Source of the DNA: a bacterium ADurb.Bin212
GTDB taxonomy: Bacteria > Patescibacteriota > UBA1384 > XYA2-FULL-43-10
Direction of reading: 5' to 3'
Length of the DNA: 64,000 nucleotides
Assembly (NCBI GenBank): GCA_002070055.1
Contig: MWCM01000002.1
Span: forward strand, 286 to 64,285
A program made the translations under genes and the position numbers. The notes beneath the pieces are model-generated. The model worked only from the letters and a program-made list of their open reading frames with translations, did no database searches and was not told where the DNA came from. Below, piece by piece: positions 56,899 through 64,000 of this stretch. Position 1 is the stretch's first letter, and every line of letters begins with the position of its first letter.

Positions 56899-57507
56899 TC
56901 ACACCATGATTTTGCGCCTCTTAATTTCATTATATACGAAGTAGCACAAGAGCAGCGCCCCTACAATATCTATAGAATAATGACCTCTTGAGAGAATCAG
57001 TGTTATAATTTCTCCAATAACGCACAATAAAGCCAACCCCTTCAAATACTTCGTGCTAGCAGAGTCTCTAAGAATTAAATAGGTGATTGTGACCATAATT
57101 GTGTGTCCCGAAGGAAAAGCACCATATTGTTTTATGGCAGATATACCATATTGCGCGTCATTCCCGTTGATACCTCCAAGTGGAGTCATAATAATCAGAA
57201 ATGCTCTTAGCAAATATACCCAAGCATAGTTGGCCAGGATGTAATTTGCATTTTTAAACTTATTTATTACCATGTAATAAATAATGAGCAAAAAGCTAAA
57301 AATATTAAATATATCGGTCAAATACTGCAAAGAGGGGTAGTGTGGAGTGATTTTAAACATGAGGTCTGTGACTGCAACTCTATCTGGAAAAAATGTTTTT
57401 ATTATCCATGATCCTACAAAATTTGCTACTACTGCCACCAAAAGAAATAACACGTTTACGTATGTTTTGTTGCTAATAGGTTTGAACTGTGTGTTTTTGT
57501 TGTGCAT
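56899..57507 (-). CDS. PAP2-superfamily membrane phosphatase/transferase
   Basis: PSGHT and SRGHYSIDIVGA (SRxxxxxHxxxD) motifs in TM context. Confidence 0.65.
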   Translation of the reverse strand: MHNKNTQFKPISNKTYVNVLFLLVAVVANFVGSWIIKTFFPDRVAVTDLMFKITPHYPSLQYLTDIFNIFSFLLIIYYMVINKFKNANYILANYAWVYLLRAFLIIMTPLGGINGNDAQYGISAIKQYGAFPSGHTIMVTITYLILRDSASTKYLKGLALLCVIGEIITLILSRGHYSIDIVGALLLCYFVYNEIKRRKIMV

Positions 57508-57554
57508 AATATTATATTAATAAATTGATTCCACGAAGTAAAATGAAGTGATAA

Positions 57555-59621
<2,067 letters not shown>

Positions 59622-59698
59622 GAGAGCAGCCTCGAATTATCATAGCCCGAGACATAAAGAGGCCACGAAAGTATGTAAATATTAAATTTCTAGACCGT

Positions 59699-59727
59699 TC
59701 CGCCAGCCGAGGAGTGTTGGCTGGCGG
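59699..59727. terminator. GC-rich hairpin between convergent ligA and a minus-strand ORF
   Basis: ccgccagcc-gaggagtgtt-ggctggcgg followed by gtttaa. Confidence 0.45.
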
Positions 59728-59768
59728 CGGTTTAACTGACCGAGGATGATCAGTTTAATGATTGCGGA

Positions 59769-60089
59769 CTAGGAGCCGTTCCTGGCTCTGTGTTTGGTGG
59801 ATCTGCGGTTGGTCGGCCTGTCTCCCTTCGACCTAACCCCCAACAACTTCAGGGCAGGCTTCGACTCTTTGCCCTCGGGGTCTGTCGCTCTGACTGCTTC
59901 AAGAACGAGTTTGCGGGGGCAACGAACAGGCTTGTGTGCGCCCCCTACCCTGATCTCAATGTCGCTGTTCCTATGAAGGACTTGCGTCGCTTTCGGGTCG
60001 CGAATCAGCACTTGCGCCAGTACTGACGCTTGCTCCCTTCGGTCGTTGCAGAACCTTGCTTCTTCGAGCAATTCCAGGGTTTTCGACAT
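59769..60089 (-). CDS. Hypothetical basic protein encoded in a short GC-rich segment (possible foreign origin)
   Basis: ATG preceded by GGGAGGTG at ideal spacing. 106 aa, R/K-rich C-terminus. Local GC is visibly far above the flanks. Confidence 0.5.
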   Translation of the reverse strand: MSKTLELLEEARFCNDRREQASVLAQVLIRDPKATQVLHRNSDIEIRVGGAHKPVRCPRKLVLEAVRATDPEGKESKPALKLLGVRSKGDRPTNRRSTKHRARNGS

Positions 60090-60269
60090 GAGCTACACCT
60101 CCCGGGTGTGTGAGCTAGTCCATTTACTTGAATACATCAAAAGTATATACTTTGTCAAAGTTGATCGTGTGGATAAATAGTGCTAGGATAAAGAAGAATT
60201 TGATATTATTGTTGCTATAAGGTTATCTTTTGGCAGAAATTTTTTAGGTATTAGTAAATAGGTGCTTTT

Positions 60270-60566
60270 ATGACAAAGCTATCAATTGATGATGTTGAGC
60301 ATATCGCTCGTCTTTCCCGCTTAGAACTAACACAAGCAGAGAAAGAGAAATTTGCAAAACAGCTTTCAAATGTTATCGGTTATGTTGAAGAGTTGAATGA
60401 AGTCAAAACAAATGATGTGGAGGTGATGTCACAGGTAACTGGTCTCAATAATGTAACCGAGATTGATTTACTAGAAGCCGGTAATATCTCTTATAATCAT
60501 ATAGAGAAAAATGCACCTGAATTCAGAGATGGTAGTTTTGTGGTGCCTGGAATTTTTCAAGATTAA
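60270..60566 (+). CDS. gatC: Glutamyl/aspartyl-tRNA amidotransferase subunit C
   Basis: VEHIARLSRLELTQAEKEKF motif, 98 aa, immediately upstream of gatA. Confidence 0.85.
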   Translation: MTKLSIDDVEHIARLSRLELTQAEKEKFAKQLSNVIGYVEELNEVKTNDVEVMSQVTGLNNVTEIDLLEAGNISYNHIEKNAPEFRDGSFVVPGIFQD

Positions 60567-60591
60567 ATATTGAAGGTCAAAAATAAAAGAT

Positions 60592-62094
60592 ATGAAACAC
60601 CTATATAAACTTACAATAAAAGAAGCATCAGACAAACTATATAGAGGCGAAATCACTTCGGTTGAACTTGTTAATTCTGTTATGGAAAGAATCGAGCAGA
60701 TAGAAGATAAAGTGGGGGCCTATATTACGGTTACACGGGAGCTAGCTCTAGAGCAGGCAAAAAAAAGCGACGAGCGAAGAAAAAAAGGTAGAGTTCTATC
60801 GCCCATTGATGGCATTCCAATTGCAGTCAAAGACTTGTTTAACACAAAAGGGGTAAGAACTACTGCGGCCTCAAAAATATTAGATGATTTTGTGCCGCAA
60901 TATGAATCCACGGCTACCAAAAAATTATGGGATGCAGGAGCAGTTTTAGTGGGAAAAACCAACTTAGATCAGTTCGCAATGGGTTCCAGCACAGAAACAA
61001 GCGCTTTTAAGACTACCAAGAACCCTTGGGATCTTTCACGTGTGCCCGGTGGTTCAAGCGGAGGAAGCGCTGCAGCTGTGGCTGCCGATATGTGTATTGC
61101 CGCTTTAGGCACCGACACCGGAGGTAGCATCAGACAGCCGGCATCACTATGCGGGATAGTAGGGTTAAAACCTACATACGGCAGAGTGTCCAGATACGGT
61201 GTAAACGCCATGGCATCAAGTTTAGATACAATAGGCCCAATGACCAAAACTGTCGAAGATGCAGCAATTCTATTGAATATAATTGCCGGTCAGGATAAAT
61301 ACGATTCTACAACTTTAGCTACTAAAGTTCCGAATTATTTAAGCTCTTTGGGTCAAGATATAAAAGACCTAACAATCGGTATTCCTAAAGAATTTTACGG
61401 CAAAGGCATGGATAGTGAAGTTGATATGATTGTAAAAAACGCGATCAATATTTTTAAAGAACGTGGCATTAAAGTAGTTGAGGTATCGCTGCCAAGCGTG
61501 AAATATGCTTTAGATGTTTACTATATTATTGTTTGGGCTGAGGTGGCTTCCAATATGGCGCGTTACGACGGGATTCGCTATGGGCATAGTAAAATCAAAA
61601 ATCAAAAGCTTGTCTCGAGTAAGTCCGAGGGATCAAAAATCAAGAATTTGGAAGATGTATATATCACAAGCAGAACAGAAGGGTTGGGCGATGAGGTTAA
61701 GAGAAGGGTGATGCTTGGTAATTATGTTCTGTCTTCCGGCTACTATGATGCTTACTATAAAAAGGCACAGCAAGTTAGGAATTTAGTCAAGCAGGATTTT
61801 GAAAAAGTATTTAAAAATGTTGATATTCTTTTAACTCCGGTCTCCCCTACTGCGGCTTTTAAAATTGCTGAAAAAACTGATAATCCACTACAGATGTACT
61901 TAAGTGATATTCATACCGTGCCAATTAATCCAGCAGGTGTTCCTGCCATGAGCATTCCTGCTGGTTTTACAAAAAATAATCTACCGGTTGGGATTCAGTT
62001 GATAGCACCACAATGTGGGGAAGAAACGATATTTAAATTGGCAAGTGCTTTTGAGAAGGTGACAGATTTTCATAAACAAAGGCCAAATTTATAA
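60592..62094 (+). CDS. gatA: Glutamyl/aspartyl-tRNA amidotransferase subunit A
   Basis: Amidase signature GGSSGGSAAAVAA, catalytic K/S/S context. Confidence 0.9.
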   Translation: MKHLYKLTIKEASDKLYRGEITSVELVNSVMERIEQIEDKVGAYITVTRELALEQAKKSDERRKKGRVLSPIDGIPIAVKDLFNTKGVRTTAASKILDDFVPQYESTATKKLWDAGAVLVGKTNLDQFAMGSSTETSAFKTTKNPWDLSRVPGGSSGGSAAAVAADMCIAALGTDTGGSIRQPASLCGIVGLKPTYGRVSRYGVNAMASSLDTIGPMTKTVEDAAILLNIIAGQDKYDSTTLATKVPNYLSSLGQDIKDLTIGIPKEFYGKGMDSEVDMIVKNAINIFKERGIKVVEVSLPSVKYALDVYYIIVWAEVASNMARYDGIRYGHSKIKNQKLVSSKSEGSKIKNLEDVYITSRTEGLGDEVKRRVMLGNYVLSSGYYDAYYKKAQQVRNLVKQDFEKVFKNVDILLTPVSPTAAFKIAEKTDNPLQMYLSDIHTVPINPAGVPAMSIPAGFTKNNLPVGIQLIAPQCGEETIFKLASAFEKVTDFHKQRPNL

Positions 62095-62189
62095 GACACA
62101 CTGCTACTAATCTTTTTCTCATGAAATGCTGACTGTTCAAATTATTAACCTAAAAAGCTAATACCCAAGAAGCTAAAAAGCAAATTTAT

Positions 62190-63515
62190 ATGACAAAAGA
62201 AAAAATTATTGAAATCTGCAAAAAAAAGTCCGTGAGTTTTATCCATCTACAATTTTCTGATTTAGATGGTGTTGTAAAAAGCGTGGAGATACCAGAATCA
62301 CAATTGCCTGATACATTAGAAAGCGGCAAATGGTTTGATGGCTCCTCCATTGAAGGATTTGCAAGAATCGCGGAGAGTGACATGTTTTTACAGCCTGATC
62401 TCGAAACTTTTGCCGTATTGCCTTGGGAAAATGAAGAGTCTTTAATATCTGCTAGAATCATCTGCGATGTAATGACTCCAGACGGGGAGGTCTTTCCTGG
62501 CGACCCAAGAGGAATTTTAAAGAGAAACCTGAATGAAGCAAAAAAGTTGGGCTATACCTTTAATGTCGGCCCAGAGCTGGAGTTTTTTCTGTTCGAAAAA
62601 AGCGAAGACAATGGAATAATTTTAGCCCCAATAGACTCGGCTGGATATTTTGACTTTTCTGCTGATTGGGCGAGTACCGTTAGAAAAGAGATTTCAAACG
62701 CGGCAGAAGAGATGGGTATAGAGATAGAGACCATCCACCATGAAGTTTCTAGAAGCCAACACGAGATTGATTTCAAGTATGGAGATGCTCTGCAAGCTGC
62801 TGACAATGTAATAACTCTAAAATTTATCATAAAGGCTGTTGCTGAAAGACACGGCTTGCATGCAACATTTATGCCCAAGCCAATATTCGGCATAAATGGC
62901 AGTGGTATGCATGTACACCAAAGCCTCTCCAAAAACGGCAAAAATGCATTTTACGACGAAAAAGATGAATATGGGTTGTCTAAAATTGCCAAAAGTTTTA
63001 TTGCTGGTCAGCTAAAATATGCTACTGGTATTTGCATGGTCATGTCTCCCCTTGTTAATTCGTACAAGAGACTGGTTCCAGGTTACGAGGCGCCGGTTTA
63101 TCTTTCTTGGGCGAGGATTAATCGTTCTGCCCTAATCCGTGTGCCACGTTTTATAAAATCCGAAGCATGCAGAATAGAGCTAAGATCCCCTGACCCTTCT
63201 TGTAATCCATATTTAGCTTTCTCTACTATGCTTGTTTCGGGCTTAACTGGCATCAAAGAGGGTCTAACTGCCCCATCTCCTATTGAGGAAAATATATATG
63301 AGATGAGCGATAATGACAGAAAGTTAAGGAATATCGGAACGTTGCCAGATTCGCTCGGTAGCGCCGTTAAAGAATTTGAAAAATCAGATATCGCTTTGCG
63401 CGCACTTGGTGATCATTGTTTTAAAAGATTGATAGATTCAAATAACAAAGAGTGGGATGAATACAGGTTACGTGTGAGCGAGTGGGAGACGGAACAGTAT
63501 CTTGAAAAATATTAA
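62190..63515 (+). CDS. glnA: Glutamine synthetase, type I-like
   Basis: GS beta-grasp N-domain. Catalytic motifs NGSGMHVHQS and ELEFFLFEK. Confidence 0.8.
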   Translation: MTKEKIIEICKKKSVSFIHLQFSDLDGVVKSVEIPESQLPDTLESGKWFDGSSIEGFARIAESDMFLQPDLETFAVLPWENEESLISARIICDVMTPDGEVFPGDPRGILKRNLNEAKKLGYTFNVGPELEFFLFEKSEDNGIILAPIDSAGYFDFSADWASTVRKEISNAAEEMGIEIETIHHEVSRSQHEIDFKYGDALQAADNVITLKFIIKAVAERHGLHATFMPKPIFGINGSGMHVHQSLSKNGKNAFYDEKDEYGLSKIAKSFIAGQLKYATGICMVMSPLVNSYKRLVPGYEAPVYLSWARINRSALIRVPRFIKSEACRIELRSPDPSCNPYLAFSTMLVSGLTGIKEGLTAPSPIEENIYEMSDNDRKLRNIGTLPDSLGSAVKEFEKSDIALRALGDHCFKRLIDSNNKEWDEYRLRVSEWETEQYLEKY

Positions 63516-63639
63516 TATTCTTTATATAAATTCTAATAATCAATCATCAATAACCAGACAAATTCCAGTAGCCAACGACCAAATTTCAAATTCTTGGATT
63601 TTGTGACTCGAGGCTTGGAATTTGCTCCGAAGGAGTCAG

Positions 63640-64000
63640 ATGGGGAAAAATCAGAGAACAAGAAAGGCCAGGAGGGAAGAAGAAGAAAAAAGAATCCAGG
63701 AGGTAATTAAACGAAAGCAAAATGAGAAAAATTACTGGATTAATTTTTGGCGCAGAAGTAGCTTTTGGATATATACTGTATGTTTAATTTTGAGCCTGGC
63801 ATATCCATTTTTGTTACCCACACTAGATCGTGCGCAATACAGAAATATGAACGAGGCTATAATCCATACCAGCATGGGAGATATTACCGTATCTCTTTAT
63901 AATATGGATGCACCAAAAACTACTGATAATTTTGTTAAGCTCTCTCGTTCCGGCTATTATAATGGTTTACTGTTTCACAGAGTAATCAAAGATTTTATGA
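63640..64000 (+). CDS. Cyclophilin-type peptidyl-prolyl isomerase with N-terminal membrane anchor (3' partial, runs off the window)
   Basis: AAGGAG RBS. TM. HTSMGDITVSLYNMDAPKTTDNFVKLSRSGYYNGLLFHRVIKDFM matches the cyclophilin N-terminal core. Confidence 0.75.
   Translation, partial: MGKNQRTRKARREEEEKRIQEVIKRKQNEKNYWINFWRRSSFWIYTVCLILSLAYPFLLPTLDRAQYRNMNEAIIHTSMGDITVSLYNMDAPKTTDNFVKLSRSGYYNGLLFHRVIKDFM

Noticed and set aside
59790-60026. Plus-strand ORFs of 78 aa and 60 aa in the GC-rich segment
   Set aside because: They are shorter and lack an RBS. The minus-strand ORF has a textbook SD, though whether any of these is expressed remains open
59630-60130. Possibility that the GC-rich segment is RNase P RNA, tmRNA or SRP RNA
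   Set aside because: No P4 (GGAAAGTCCGG / ACAGAAAGCACCGC-like) motif, no tRNA-like 3' end with a tag reading frame, and no SRP domain IV motif was recognisable on either strand. This remains flagged as unresolved rather than called

Overview
This is a low-GC, gene-dense, mostly + strand window that looks like a small-genome Patescibacteria/CPR-like bacterium. That lineage call is inference from gene content and base composition. Most of the window is housekeeping. It holds an [FeFe]-hydrogenase pair (truncated NuoF-like flavoprotein plus an M3-type HydA with all H-cluster motifs intact), secG, rpsA, nrnA, alaS, an ftsA homolog, ruvX, mltG, mreB-mreC-mreD-PBP2, greA, lysS, serS, secA, gpmI, ftsE-ftsX, ctpA, lemA, htpX, ligA, gatC-gatA, glnA and a partial cyclophilin, plus six tRNA genes (Cys, Phe, Val, three Leu isoacceptors). 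The candidate novel locus is at 30.2-32.6 kb: a tightly packed four-gene cluster. It encodes a ribosome hibernation factor, a short stand-alone [FeFe]-hydrogenase H-domain homolog whose L1 motif reads SPCP (the proton-transfer Cys is replaced by Pro), a MazG-like NTP pyrophosphohydrolase and an unknown protein. Other leads are a free-standing double-motif LAGLIDADG endonuclease gene abutting a tRNA-Leu inside a tRNA-flanked islet, and tandem decayed fragments resembling an IS256/Mutator transposase C-terminus at the window start. There is also a partial direct duplication of the 3' end of tRNA-Leu(TAA), a GS-like amidoligase homolog upstream of ftsA with no ftsZ following, and an FtsEX-coupled coiled-coil hydrolase with a C39-like cysteine peptidase domain. 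Two short segments of visibly higher GC stand out: a ThiS/MoaD-like ORF at 21.4 kb and an ORF with a strong Shine-Dalgarno at 59.8 kb. No CRISPR array or rRNA gene was seen.
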